64,000 nucleotides of DNA from Planctomycetales bacterium (GTDB lineage Bacteria > 4484-113). The translations under genes were made by a program, and so were the position numbers. Positions 9,772 through 20,499 of the stretch are shown piece after piece. The stretch is from contig JBBIRS010000002.1 in NCBI GenBank assembly GCA_037441675.1, forward strand, positions 231,249-295,248, read 5' to 3'. The notes beneath the pieces were generated by a model. That model was given only the letters and a program-made list of their open reading frames with translations, was not told the DNA's origin and did not search any database. Position 1 is the first letter of the stretch; every line of letters starts with the position of its first letter.

Positions 9772-11400
9772 ATGAAATTCTTCTTGGCGCAGAAAAACTT
9801 TACCGTAGGTGATTTTGAGGGCAACAAGGAGAAGATTCTCGCAGGCATTTCTGAAGCGAAAAGTGCGCAGGCGGACGTTGCACTCTTTCCAGAAATGACG
9901 ACCACCGGTTATCCACCACTTGATTTGCTCTTCCACAAACCATTTATAGAAGCAAATCTCGCTGTTGTGGAAGAGGTAATTTCCGCCAGCGCAAAATATC
10001 CCGACTTGCTGATTGTGCTTGGCTTTGTGGAGAGATGCGACCAGGGCGAAAGAAAGCTTCGGAATTCCGCTTGTGTAATTGCGAACGGCAATCTCATTGG
10101 TACACAGGCAAAAACACTTCTCCCAACCTATGACGTATTTGATGAGGTGCGCTACTTTGATCCCGCTTGCGGTTGGCGCATTTTTGAATGGAAAGGGGTA
10201 AAGCTTGGCGTTAGTATCTGCGAAGATTTATGGGATGAGGGTTATGAAACAAAGGTGATACCCAATTTGAAGCTTTTGGGTGCAGAGGTTCTAGTAAACA
10301 TTAACGCGTCTCCTTACTATGTAGGCAAGTTCCTTGAGCGGTACAACCTAGTGAAAATGCACTGTCAGGCAAATAAGTTACCGCTTATCTATCTAAACCT
10401 CGTAGGAGGGCAGGATGAACTCATTTTTGATGGCGCAAGCTTTGCAGTGGGGAAAGATGGAAGATTGGCGGTTCTTGGCAAAAGCTTTGATGAAGATAGC
10501 ATAACCGTTGACTACGACGAAAAGGGAAAAGACGTTGTAGGGGAGGTTGCTCTTCCATTATTTGAAAAGGAGAGGGAAATCTTTGGCGCCCTTGTTCTGG
10601 GAACTCGCGACTTCGTTAGAAAGCAGAACTTTGAAAAGGTTGTTCTCGGGCTTTCAGGCGGAATAGATTCATCTCTTGTTGCGGTAATTTCAGAGCAGGC
10701 GCTTGGCGCGGAAAATGTCCTTGGTATAGCGATGCCAAGCAGCATAAGCAGTTCTCATTCCTTGGAAGATGCCAAAGCATTGGCTGAAAATCTGAAAATC
10801 CCTTTTGCCGTTTTTGAAATTGAGGAAAGTGTCCAGTTAGCGGAGAGAAGGTATAAAAGAATCTTTGGCTCCTATAAAGCAAAAGAGACACGGGAGAATC
10901 TGCAGGCGCGGGAGCGCGGAAAAATTCTTATGGAGATTGCAAACGACCAACAAAGTCTGGTTCTTACCACAGGCAACAAAACAGAATACGCCCTCGGATA
11001 CGCGACTCTTTACGGCGATATGGTTGGTGCGCTAGCGCCAATCGGGGATTTATCCAAAATGGAAGTTTATGCGCTTGCAAGATGGGTAAACGAAAATCTG
11101 AACTCCCCAATACCTGAAAGGGTCTTAACGAAAATTCCTTCGGCGGAGTTATCCCCCGGACAGGTAGACCCCTTTGATTATGAGCTTGTTTCTCCACTGA
11201 TAGATGCGATTATTGAAGAAGGGCTCTCAACGGATGAACTAATAGAACGTGAATATCCGCCAGAGGAGGTTCTACGCTGTGAGAGGCTACTTTTCCGAAG
11301 CGAGTACAAGCGATGGCAATCCGCACCAACGTTGAAAGTGACTAAGAAAGCCTTTGGCATTGGGAGAAAGATGCCTATCGTGAATCGTTTTGTCCCTTAG
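9772..11400 (+). CDS. nadE: Glutamine-dependent NAD+ synthetase
   Basis: N-terminal nitrilase domain (FPE, K..LPTYDVFDE, ICEDLW) plus synthetase domain (GLSGGIDS, NLQARER, TGNKTE, GYATLYGD, PSAEL). Confidence 0.96.
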   Translation: MKFFLAQKNFTVGDFEGNKEKILAGISEAKSAQADVALFPEMTTTGYPPLDLLFHKPFIEANLAVVEEVISASAKYPDLLIVLGFVERCDQGERKLRNSACVIANGNLIGTQAKTLLPTYDVFDEVRYFDPACGWRIFEWKGVKLGVSICEDLWDEGYETKVIPNLKLLGAEVLVNINASPYYVGKFLERYNLVKMHCQANKLPLIYLNLVGGQDELIFDGASFAVGKDGRLAVLGKSFDEDSITVDYDEKGKDVVGEVALPLFEKEREIFGALVLGTRDFVRKQNFEKVVLGLSGGIDSSLVAVISEQALGAENVLGIAMPSSISSSHSLEDAKALAENLKIPFAVFEIEESVQLAERRYKRIFGSYKAKETRENLQARERGKILMEIANDQQSLVLTTGNKTEYALGYATLYGDMVGALAPIGDLSKMEVYALARWVNENLNSPIPERVLTKIPSAELSPGQVDPFDYELVSPLIDAIIEEGLSTDELIEREYPPEEVLRCERLLFRSEYKRWQSAPTLKVTKKAFGIGRKMPIVNRFVP

Positions 11401-11830
11401 AGCCTAAATTGGGATAGAGGGATGCGGTGAATAAACTCATTTCTTCTTTCTATTAGGACGATAAGCGAACCGCGGGTGAGGGATATTTTGTGTGATAACA
11501 CTAGAAGAATTCACTAAGCGATTCTGTGAAAAGGCTGTGTGAAGAATTTGGAGAAAACTATTCTTTCGGGTTTTTCAAGGATGTTTCACCATAAAGGACG
11601 TAATTCACCCTTTGGATCATCTAGGCTAAAAGCTTGTTGAGACAGACTTTATTTGAGTAAAAAGTCTCAATCTCATGCCACTATCGTTTGCGCGTTTTCG
11701 TCAGAACGTGCGTCCAATCAGGGTTCTTCCAATGCGCTGGGTGAGTCTCACCTTATCTCTTAGAGTTATCTGTTTAACCATATTCGGTTTATGGTAAACT
11801 ACTATCAAGTTTAGATAAGGGGGTATACTG

Positions 11831-12391
11831 ATGCTTATAAAAGAGAATTGTAAGGAGTGCTCGGGGACGGGATTAGTCTTTATAGAGACAACAAGCTTTT
11901 TTGGAATACTAAAAAAACAGATTCCAATGTCCTGCGCGAGCTGTGGAGGGAAGGGTATCATTTTAAGAGAACCCCCCTGTAAATTCTGCAATGGTGAAGG
12001 GTTGATTGGAAATGAGCGTGAAATATGCAAAGTTTGCAATGGTACTGGTTATAGTGATGAGTTCAGGTGGATACCTAGGCGAAAACTCGTGCCCGGAACC
12101 ACTTTTAGTAGAACATGTGGAATTTGCAGAAGAAGAACATCACATGAGATTGTGACAGATATTGAACGAGTAGAAGTTAAACCTAGATGGGAAGAAGACT
12201 TGGGACAGAAAGTTTATATCCGTGAGCGTATCAAAGTCGCATGTAAGGAATGCCGAGATTCGTACTTTGTTGATATTGATCCGGATTTTCACCAAGAAGA
12301 AACTGAAGAGATTAGAGAGTTCCTGAAGACAAAGGATTTTTCACAAACGGATCAGTCAAGGGCTTATCAAACTAGACCGTTTGGTATGTGA
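11831..12391 (+). CDS. DnaJ-type zinc-finger protein without J domain
   Basis: Four CxxCxGxG repeats (CKECSGTG, CASCGGKG, CKFCNGEG, CKVCNGTG) plus two further CxxC; no HPD motif. Confidence 0.8.
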   Translation: MLIKENCKECSGTGLVFIETTSFFGILKKQIPMSCASCGGKGIILREPPCKFCNGEGLIGNEREICKVCNGTGYSDEFRWIPRRKLVPGTTFSRTCGICRRRTSHEIVTDIERVEVKPRWEEDLGQKVYIRERIKVACKECRDSYFVDIDPDFHQEETEEIREFLKTKDFSQTDQSRAYQTRPFGM

Positions 12392-12493
12392 ACTTTTCTC
12401 CAGTCTCTACAACCCTCTTAGGTAGAAAAATTATCCCCATTGCAAGGGACAATGTGCAATAGCAAATAGCTTACATTTGATATAACATTTCAA

Positions 12494-13501
12494 GTGCTAG
12501 TTCTAATAAATATTGAAGATGAAGATAAAGGCTTTGGATTGCCGAAAGCTTCATTTGCTGAACTTGTAGATCAATTTCCCGAAGTGGATTTCCAGTGGAA
12601 TATGAACCAGCGTGATTTTCATAAGGGTATAAACCGTGCGGAAGTATTATGGTCTTGGAGGCTAAGTGAGGAACTTCTTAGGCTTGCGGGTGACCTTAAG
12701 TGGTTCCACTGCCAAGCGGTGGGCGTAAGAAGTAGTATCTCAGCTTTAACCAAGGAGAGCGGATTTATTCTCACGAACGCAAGTGGGGTTTCTTCTAAGG
12801 CTATGGCAGAACATTGCCTAGCGCTAATTCTTGCTTTTACCAGGGGTATTCTAGGGCTAATGAAGTTCAAAGATGAGAGACGGTGGGCTCAAAACTTCTT
12901 TACAGAAAAGTGGGGTGAAATGAAGGAATTGAGTGAGCATACATTCGGAATAGTTGGTGTTGGTTCAACTGGTAGTGAAATAGCGCGGGTTCTAAAAGCG
13001 TTTAGCGCTAGTGTACTAGGGTATCGGCTTAGACAGAAACCCTGCGAATTTGTGGATGAGCTATTCTTCGGCGAACAACTTCCTGAAATGCTAAAAAGAT
13101 GCGACTTTGTAATTGATACCCTTCCAGCAACGGAAAGAACTTTTCATTTCTTTAATTCGGAAGTTTTTTCAAATATGAAGGATAGTTCAGTGTTTATAAA
13201 TCTAGGAAGAGGATGGACTGTAGATGAAACCGCCCTTTTACGGGCGCTGGGTTGGAATGAAAGGGATGCCAATTGGGAAAGCGGATGGTTAAGAGGTGCG
13301 GCTTTGGATGTGTTTAAGGAAGAACCTCTTCCTACATCTTCGCCACTCTGGAGCGCTCCCCACGTTATTATTAGTCCTCATGTGTCGGCAATTTCCTCCT
13401 CCTACTGGCGAAACTCTGTGAACCTTTTTACCGAGAATCTTAGAAGATACCTAAATGGCGAAAATTTACTAAACTTGGTAGATTTGAACTTGGGATATTA
13501 A
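12494..13501 (+). CDS. D-2-hydroxyacid dehydrogenase family protein
   Basis: GIVGVGSTG, FINLGRG, AALDVFKEEPL, ISPHVS. Confidence 0.9.
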   Translation: MLVLINIEDEDKGFGLPKASFAELVDQFPEVDFQWNMNQRDFHKGINRAEVLWSWRLSEELLRLAGDLKWFHCQAVGVRSSISALTKESGFILTNASGVSSKAMAEHCLALILAFTRGILGLMKFKDERRWAQNFFTEKWGEMKELSEHTFGIVGVGSTGSEIARVLKAFSASVLGYRLRQKPCEFVDELFFGEQLPEMLKRCDFVIDTLPATERTFHFFNSEVFSNMKDSSVFINLGRGWTVDETALLRALGWNERDANWESGWLRGAALDVFKEEPLPTSSPLWSAPHVIISPHVSAISSSYWRNSVNLFTENLRRYLNGENLLNLVDLNLGY

Positions 13502-13622
13502 TAGTTTAGAGTAATCTAGTTTGGTTTGAGTAATTATTCTTTTTGTTTTTACCCTTGATATGAATTTGAACCTTTTAAATACTTAACGAAGTATCAACCA
13601 CGTTTAGTTATTTATTACTTGT

Positions 13623-16289
13623 GTGAGTATATCAACGAATATTAATGAGTACAAATTGGAGAACGGTTTACTAATTCTCCTAAAGGAGAACCACAATTCA
13701 TCCACTATTAGCTTCAACGTTGTCTATAGGGTTGGAAGTAAGTATGAATGTCCAGGCTTAACGGGAATATCTCATCTCATAGAGCATATGATGTTCAAGT
13801 CAACCAAGAATCACCCCTTAGGCCAGTTTGACAGGCTGATTACCCTTTGTGGTGCGGATGGGAATGCCTATACGTGGCTAGATGAAACCGTATATTACGA
13901 GCTGATTGATAAAGACAAGATTGATGTGGCGTTAGAACTTGAGGCTGATAGGATGCAGAATCTCTTACTTAATGAAGAAGAGCATGCTTACGAGATGACA
14001 GTTGTGAAAAATGAGCTAGAGCAACGGGAGGATAGCCCTCACGTTTTGTTGCTTGAGACGATGATCAACTTTGCGTTTCAGGTGCATCCTTATTCCATCC
14101 CTACCATAGGCCGGGTAGAAGACGTGGTGGGAATAACGACGGAAGATTTAAGAAAATACTATAAGAAGTACTATCACCCGGATGGCGCATTCATTGTGGC
14201 AGTGGGAGGGTTCAATAGTGAGGAATTATTGGAGAAGATTAAAAAGTATTTTGGTGGAATTCCAAAGGGTAATATCTCTTTACCGATAATTCCCAGAGAG
14301 CCTCCACAATTGGGGCAGAGAAGATTTGTCATAAAAAAGAGCGGTAATACTGACTACATTGTTATGGGTTTTCATATTCCCGAGGGTGAGAATGAAGATT
14401 CATATCCTCTCACCACACTTTCACAAATCCTAGGAATTGGTAAAACTAGCCGACTTTATAAAGCGCTTGTGGAAACGGGTATGGCTAGTTATGTTTTTGC
14501 TTCCGCTAGTCCCTTTAACCATGCTGATCCATTTCTATTTATCATTGGCGCTGGGGTAAATAATGGAGTTGCCCCTGAGGAGGTAGAAAAAAGAATATTT
14601 GCTGAAATTGAAATGATTCAGAAGAACGGAATCACTGAAGAAGAATTGCGACGAGCCATAAAACAAGCTAAAGTCAGTTTTATCTATGATAAGGATTCAG
14701 TTAACTCGGAGGCACAAACTATTATCACCTTTGAACTGGCTAGCAGTTATAGGGATATTGAAAGGTATTTGCCCTCCCTTGAACTAGTTAGTCTTTCTGA
14801 TATTAAACGCGTTGCCAATTCTTACCTTACACCTGAAAAAGCTACAATTGGATACTTCATCGGTCTACGCGGAAGTGGAAACAATTCAAATAAAGACATT
14901 GCTAATATTCCTCAACCTCTTAACTTGTCAGAAAAGGTAAATTTTCTTCAAGTAGCACCCTCAAGACTGTCCTCATCTAAGTCTGATAAAGGAGTAAGTT
15001 TCACTCTAGAGAAAGTTAATAGTACAACCATCGCTAGTTACGAAAATGGGCTAAAAGTATTAGTTCTAGAGAGCCACCAGAATGAAACGGTGGCAATTTC
15101 TGGATATGTCTTGGCTGGAGCTATCTTTAATGAACCCGAAAAACGTGGGCTTGCCAGATTAACTGGCGATATGCTAATTCGGGGAACAAGCCAAATGGGT
15201 AGTGATGAGATTGCGCAACTCCTAGAGGATAATGGAATGGAGTTGATTTTCTCTGGGGGGAGGGAGCATACTTCAATCTCAGCAAAGTGCATAACTGAAG
15301 ACCTTTCAACCCTACTTGGCTTGCTTTTCGAAACACTCAGATTTCCCTCCTTTGAGGAGGAAGAATTGTCAAAAGCCAAGTTAATCATTGATAACGAGAT
15401 TACGCGCCTGGAAGATAGCACCTTTGAGCGAGCTTTGTTTTCAGCGAGGGATGAGCTTCTAGGTACAGATAATCCATATGCTGGAATGTTGACAGGTACC
15501 CACGAAAGCCTGGCATCAATCACGAGAGAAGAGTTAGTTGAGTTTCACTCAACCTACTTCAAGCCTTCTTCAACCACTATAACCATTGTTGGTGATGTAA
15601 ATGCTGAAAGTGTGATTAGGGAAATTTCCATGCTCATTCATAATTGGCAGACTGATAGTGGTCAAGATGTGGACTTCAGTGCTTACTATCTCGCCTCGGA
15701 AAAACTTTGCATACAGAGTGAGAAGTTCATAAGAATCGATATGCCTGACAAATCAAATGTAAGCCTTGTCTTTGTAAAGAAAGGTTTGAATCGATGCTCA
15801 AGTGATTTCTATTCGGCTATGGTTGCTAATTTTATCTTCGGGGGGGACTTTATGAGTCGGTTGAATGAGCGTCTGCGAGTGAAGGAAGGCTTAACCTATG
15901 GAAGCTTGAGCTTTTTTCAGCCGGGCCGTGGAGCAGGCCCATGGGTAATAAGTGTTCAGGTTAACCCTGAGAGTATTGATAAGGCTATTGAAATTGTTAA
16001 AGAGGAGTGGCATAGGTTTTTCGCTGATGGTGTGACTGAGGATGAGCTTTACAAAGCTAAGTCGTACTTTACCGGGAATTTCTCCGTGCGTTTAGACACC
16101 ATCTATGCGATTTCTAGTTTGTTAGCAGACATTGAGTACTTCTCTCTTGGTTATGATTATATGGCGCGATACAAAGATATTATTAGTTCGTTGACTCTAG
16201 CTGATGTTAATGAAGCAATAAAACGTAGATTTAACCCTGAGCGTTGGGTGCTAGCAATAGCGGGTTCTCTTTCAGAAGTTCAACCTTAG
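13623..16289 (+). CDS. M16 (pitrilysin/PqqL-like) zinc protease, two-lobed
   Basis: HLIEH (HxxEH) in the N-terminal half; the C-terminal half lacks it and carries RLRVKEGLTY. Confidence 0.92.
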   Translation: MSISTNINEYKLENGLLILLKENHNSSTISFNVVYRVGSKYECPGLTGISHLIEHMMFKSTKNHPLGQFDRLITLCGADGNAYTWLDETVYYELIDKDKIDVALELEADRMQNLLLNEEEHAYEMTVVKNELEQREDSPHVLLLETMINFAFQVHPYSIPTIGRVEDVVGITTEDLRKYYKKYYHPDGAFIVAVGGFNSEELLEKIKKYFGGIPKGNISLPIIPREPPQLGQRRFVIKKSGNTDYIVMGFHIPEGENEDSYPLTTLSQILGIGKTSRLYKALVETGMASYVFASASPFNHADPFLFIIGAGVNNGVAPEEVEKRIFAEIEMIQKNGITEEELRRAIKQAKVSFIYDKDSVNSEAQTIITFELASSYRDIERYLPSLELVSLSDIKRVANSYLTPEKATIGYFIGLRGSGNNSNKDIANIPQPLNLSEKVNFLQVAPSRLSSSKSDKGVSFTLEKVNSTTIASYENGLKVLVLESHQNETVAISGYVLAGAIFNEPEKRGLARLTGDMLIRGTSQMGSDEIAQLLEDNGMELIFSGGREHTSISAKCITEDLSTLLGLLFETLRFPSFEEEELSKAKLIIDNEITRLEDSTFERALFSARDELLGTDNPYAGMLTGTHESLASITREELVEFHSTYFKPSSTTITIVGDVNAESVIREISMLIHNWQTDSGQDVDFSAYYLASEKLCIQSEKFIRIDMPDKSNVSLVFVKKGLNRCSSDFYSAMVANFIFGGDFMSRLNERLRVKEGLTYGSLSFFQPGRGAGPWVISVQVNPESIDKAIEIVKEEWHRFFADGVTEDELYKAKSYFTGNFSVRLDTIYAISSLLADIEYFSLGYDYMARYKDIISSLTLADVNEAIKRRFNPERWVLAIAGSLSEVQP

Positions 16290-16562
16290 TAGTTGTGAGT
16301 TTTCTTAAAATACCAAAGTAGCCCTAAAACACCTAGAAGCCAGAAAGAGACCTTAAAGGATTTCAATTGAATTTCTCATTGCTTTTAAAATACGTTGCAC
16401 CTTGTCTCTCCGGGGATTAACCAAGGCGAGGAGCTTACCTAGAGTTTTTGTATAAAATGGGTAAAATATGAAGAAGCTTCTATAAGGTTGTGAAAAGGGC
16501 GAAGAAGGCTTATAATAAATATTTTAATAGATGGAAATGAGACCAAACGGGAGAATCTCATA

Positions 16563-19199
16563 ATGTTGAATATCATCTATAAAGGATTCGTTAGAGCAAT
16601 TGTATTTCTACTACTCTTGGTAGGCATGTTTACCTGGACAGGATGCGGTGGAGGGGGTGGCGAGGAAAAGCTTGACATCTTACCACCCGGAGCTACGGAA
16701 GGGTTCCGTCCCTTTATAATTTCAGTGGAACCCAAAGTGGCAAGTGCAGGTTCCCAGATTACGATTCTAGGGCGCTATTTCGGCACCACGCAAGGAGATA
16801 GCACAGCTACCCTAAATGGAATTGCGCTTACCATTGTTACTTGGTCTGATACTAAAATTGAGGCAATACTTCCGCAAGAGGCTTCAAGCGGAATGATAGT
16901 GATTACCGTCAAAGGTAGAGCTAGCCAAAGTTCCAGTAATGCGCAGATTTTTATAGGCTCTGCGCCTCCAGCAGGTCCTCCAATTATTACTGGGCTTTCG
17001 CAATACTCCGGTTACCCGGGAGTTCTCATTACAGTTTACGGGCAAAACTTTGGTCAACCTATGCCAACTGACGGTAGGGTTCTCTTCAAGTCTCAGGTAG
17101 GCGAAGTTGAAGCTGAAGTTCGTCCCATTGAAGGTGTTGAAGGAGCCTTCCGCTGGTACTCAACGAGTATCCAAGTGAAAGTTCCTCAAGGTGCGATCAC
17201 AGGTCCAGTAGTCGTTGAAGTCGGTGGAGTTAGGTCTAATAATAATTTCGTTTTTCAGGTTGAACCTGAACCGCCACCTCCTTCCAATCAACCAATTGAG
17301 ATTAACTCTTTCGCTCCTACGGAAGGGCCTCTTGGAACCATTGTGAGGATTACGGGCAACTATTTTGGCCATTCCAGAGGCGGTGGTGTTGTTCAGTTAA
17401 GTGGAATTAACCTTGAGATTCTCTTTTGGAGCAACACTGAAATTTATGTGAAGATTGTAGCTCCAGCAAGAAGCGGAAATCTAGTTGTAGTAGCGCGCGG
17501 ATTTACCGATAGAACCACCTCTCCCTTTGTTGTTATTCAAGTGCCAGAGCTCACAGGTGTTTCACCATCAAGGGTTCAGTCTGGCAGGCCGATGAGGCTG
17601 TACGGCAGGAATTTTGGAGCTGACGCTGGAAGCATTATCCTCAAACCGGACGTGCCTGCTAACACGCCCGCAGATGTTGCAGCTAGACAGCGACCCACTA
17701 CAATTAGCGGTAACGCAATTTCCCTCTGGTCTGACACTGAGTTACGCATTGACCGCCTGCCAAAGCTAAATTCGGAGCCCGGTTTCCGCCTGAAAGTGGA
17801 AGTTCTTAATGAGCTTGGTCAATCCTCAGACGATCCTCTCTCCACTGGTGATGACATATATGTAGATTTGGTCAGCGATGTTATAGGTGCCATAGATGTG
17901 CTTGTTGATATTGGCCAATCGGGCACACCTGAAATTGTAAAGCAGACTATAGGACTTGCGAATTTAACCAATTTTATCTTTCGTGTTACTCCGGGAGGTG
18001 GCATTGCCCCTTACAGAATAGAGCTTGACTTGAAAGACGGGGCTCCATTGATCGCCACAGATGTAACCGGTGTATACGAAACCACGCACATATTCTTTGG
18101 AGAGGGTAACTACCAGGGTATCTTCGCCCGTATTACAGATGTTACCGGTGATACAAATGTAGTAACTGGCCCAGACATAACAATCGTTCCCCAGAATCAA
18201 CCTGTAATCACCAGGATTACAATTAAAGAATTGGACGCTGTTGGAGATACCGATTTCCGTCCCAATGATTATGTAGGGAAGTACTTTGCCTATCACAACG
18301 GTGCGCTATGGAACTTTGGTGATAATTTCCTTCCGGTGGTACCGCCCTTGCGCCTGCAGCCCATCGGCGCAATAGTTCCCAATGACGACGAGATTGGGCA
18401 GAGGAATTATCAAAGGTTCAAGGCTGAAAGACGACCTATTGGGTACCGGGTTCGCGGGGGAAGCCTAATCCAGATACAGGGATATAACTTTGATAAGGGA
18501 GATGGTGGTGTCAATCCTGATGTTCTATTTAGAGCGGAAACCGAATTTCCACTTCTAATGAACTTTCTCGCAAACCCTCCATTATTTGAACCAGAGGCAA
18601 TTAGCATCAGAATGCCAACCGCGCAGACTGTTGATGAGGCATTGCAGACTCTCGGTGGAGATGTAAGACTTCAATTTATGATAGGTGGAAGTGAGTTTAG
18701 GGTAACTGCACCGACCCCCTTTGTGCCAGCCCCGCAAATCGTTCCAGATCCGACGCCAGTTCCCAGTCTAGGAAGCGTTATCCTTAATGTTTACGACAGC
18801 GTGCCAGATCCGAGCGCGGGTGGGTTCATTGGTGATAAGGTTTATCTTTTCTTCGCTTTCCCCGCACAGATTGATACTGGTGGTGCTCCACTGCCATATC
18901 CGGGAATTTATCTGTTACCAATTGGCTTTGAGCTTACAAATGCCGCTCCAGGTTTCATTACTTTCTCATTCGACATAGGCCAAAATATTGTTACTCCAAC
19001 ACAAGATCCGAACGTTGGATGGCCCGCAAGGAACCCGAATTATCCCGCTACAGATTCTAATCCCCTCGTAGTTGTTGACCCCGTGCCTGGAACCTGGTTT
19101 GTCTTTATGTGGAGTGGTGTGAATCTTACCTCTGACCCAGAAAAGCTTGCTAACTCTGGCATAATTTCCAACGCAGGCTCATTTACTGTAACTCCATAA
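16563..19199 (+). CDS. Lipoprotein with tandem IPT/TIG domains and a PKD-like domain
   Basis: Lipobox WTGC-GGGGG; four repeats of the type I...P..G..I.I.G.NFG...WS.T.I; Pro-rich linkers. Confidence 0.85.
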   Translation: MLNIIYKGFVRAIVFLLLLVGMFTWTGCGGGGGEEKLDILPPGATEGFRPFIISVEPKVASAGSQITILGRYFGTTQGDSTATLNGIALTIVTWSDTKIEAILPQEASSGMIVITVKGRASQSSSNAQIFIGSAPPAGPPIITGLSQYSGYPGVLITVYGQNFGQPMPTDGRVLFKSQVGEVEAEVRPIEGVEGAFRWYSTSIQVKVPQGAITGPVVVEVGGVRSNNNFVFQVEPEPPPPSNQPIEINSFAPTEGPLGTIVRITGNYFGHSRGGGVVQLSGINLEILFWSNTEIYVKIVAPARSGNLVVVARGFTDRTTSPFVVIQVPELTGVSPSRVQSGRPMRLYGRNFGADAGSIILKPDVPANTPADVAARQRPTTISGNAISLWSDTELRIDRLPKLNSEPGFRLKVEVLNELGQSSDDPLSTGDDIYVDLVSDVIGAIDVLVDIGQSGTPEIVKQTIGLANLTNFIFRVTPGGGIAPYRIELDLKDGAPLIATDVTGVYETTHIFFGEGNYQGIFARITDVTGDTNVVTGPDITIVPQNQPVITRITIKELDAVGDTDFRPNDYVGKYFAYHNGALWNFGDNFLPVVPPLRLQPIGAIVPNDDEIGQRNYQRFKAERRPIGYRVRGGSLIQIQGYNFDKGDGGVNPDVLFRAETEFPLLMNFLANPPLFEPEAISIRMPTAQTVDEALQTLGGDVRLQFMIGGSEFRVTAPTPFVPAPQIVPDPTPVPSLGSVILNVYDSVPDPSAGGFIGDKVYLFFAFPAQIDTGGAPLPYPGIYLLPIGFELTNAAPGFITFSFDIGQNIVTPTQDPNVGWPARNPNYPATDSNPLVVVDPVPGTWFVFMWSGVNLTSDPEKLANSGIISNAGSFTVTP

Positions 19200-19361
19200 C
19201 CAGTAGAGCTGAACCGGTCGCCAACGGTCGTGTTTTCGGATTGTTTTGCTTTTGAAGATTAACGCTTGAGTGTAGGAAGTGGATTTATGTGTTGATGAGA
19301 CGAACTGAAGCCAGCAAACTTTCATTCAAGTCAAACTTGGATTTTCCTCCTACACTTTGTA

Positions 19362-20366
19362 ATGCTTTTTATGAAGCTCTTCAGGTTTAAAAAATGGTTT
19401 TGGTTTTTCGCCCACACTATGCTAGTGTTAACTGCTACTTCAGTTGTATTTGCGCAAGGAAATTCAGGAACCGCGGTCCCAAATGTTCAAGTCCTTTCAC
19501 TCTACGCATACCCCGAGGAGACCACAGCTAATAAACTTTCGGGTGTTTTTGTTTATCCGGAAGTAAGGCTCATCAATGTGGTTTTAGAGTTGGATTTAAG
19601 AGGCTATGCTGGCGAGAGGGAACTATCAATATTTTTAACTCTGAGCGATGACAAGAAGGTTCTCAAAAAAAAGAAGGAAAAGTATAAGCTCGCGGAGGGG
19701 GCGTATAAGTTTGATTTTCCCCATATGCTTGACCTGAAAAGCGTTTTCCAAGAGAAAAAAATAAAAATTTTTTCAGAGGTGACACTCTCAGGAGCGCCAA
19801 TTGTTGTTAGAGAAGAATACTTTGAAGTAAAGGGGCGTGAGTTACCCAAGTTGTATATTGAAGATTTCCTTCTCTTTTCGCGCAACTGGCAAAGTGAAGA
19901 CTACTTCTATCCAGGTGATAGCTTTAACGCTAATCTTTACTTTCGGGTTCAGGGTTTGGAGGAGCGAGAAAGACTTGAAATAAGAGTGGTGGGAGTGATT
20001 GAAGACGATTATGGTTTGAAGATTGAGCCTGAGGGGAGATACTTTCCTTACGAAACCTTTTGGGAGGATGGGGCTGGACCTCGTGGAGATGGTAGATACA
20101 TCTTTGTTTTTAACGGCTCATTTCCCAACTACTTCTATGACTACGGAAGATTTGAACATCCATTCACAATCCACGTCTTGTTTTTGCTAGATGAAGTAAT
20201 CGTGGAACGCGTAAGACTTCATGGTGAAGTGCGAGTTAAAAACCCAGGCATTGAGTATGAATCCCCCGATGAGGAGGCAAGGACAATTAAAATTGAGCAC
20301 TCAAGTAGATGGCGATTGCGCAAAATTTCCGAAGATTATCAGATTGAGGATAGACCTGAATATTGA
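19362..20366 (+). CDS. Hypothetical exported protein
   Basis: 334-aa ORF with signal peptide ending VFA; beta-rich; no family recognised. Confidence 0.75.
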   Translation: MLFMKLFRFKKWFWFFAHTMLVLTATSVVFAQGNSGTAVPNVQVLSLYAYPEETTANKLSGVFVYPEVRLINVVLELDLRGYAGERELSIFLTLSDDKKVLKKKKEKYKLAEGAYKFDFPHMLDLKSVFQEKKIKIFSEVTLSGAPIVVREEYFEVKGRELPKLYIEDFLLFSRNWQSEDYFYPGDSFNANLYFRVQGLEERERLEIRVVGVIEDDYGLKIEPEGRYFPYETFWEDGAGPRGDGRYIFVFNGSFPNYFYDYGRFEHPFTIHVLFLLDEVIVERVRLHGEVRVKNPGIEYESPDEEARTIKIEHSSRWRLRKISEDYQIEDRPEY

Positions 20367-20499
20367 AAATCCCAGTAAGCTAATATGAATAAAATAGTCC
20401 CCCCATATAGCATATTTGAATGGTTAGTAAGATGCTTAGAATATGCCCAGGCCCGGATGATTATTACCCAATACTCATGACTAAGATAAAATACCCCTA

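Noticed and set aside
11401..11830. Long intergenic region with an imperfect inverted repeat (ttgagac...gtctcaa) as ncRNA or riboswitch
   Set aside because: No recognisable RNA family motif and the pairing is weak; an Rfam search is needed.
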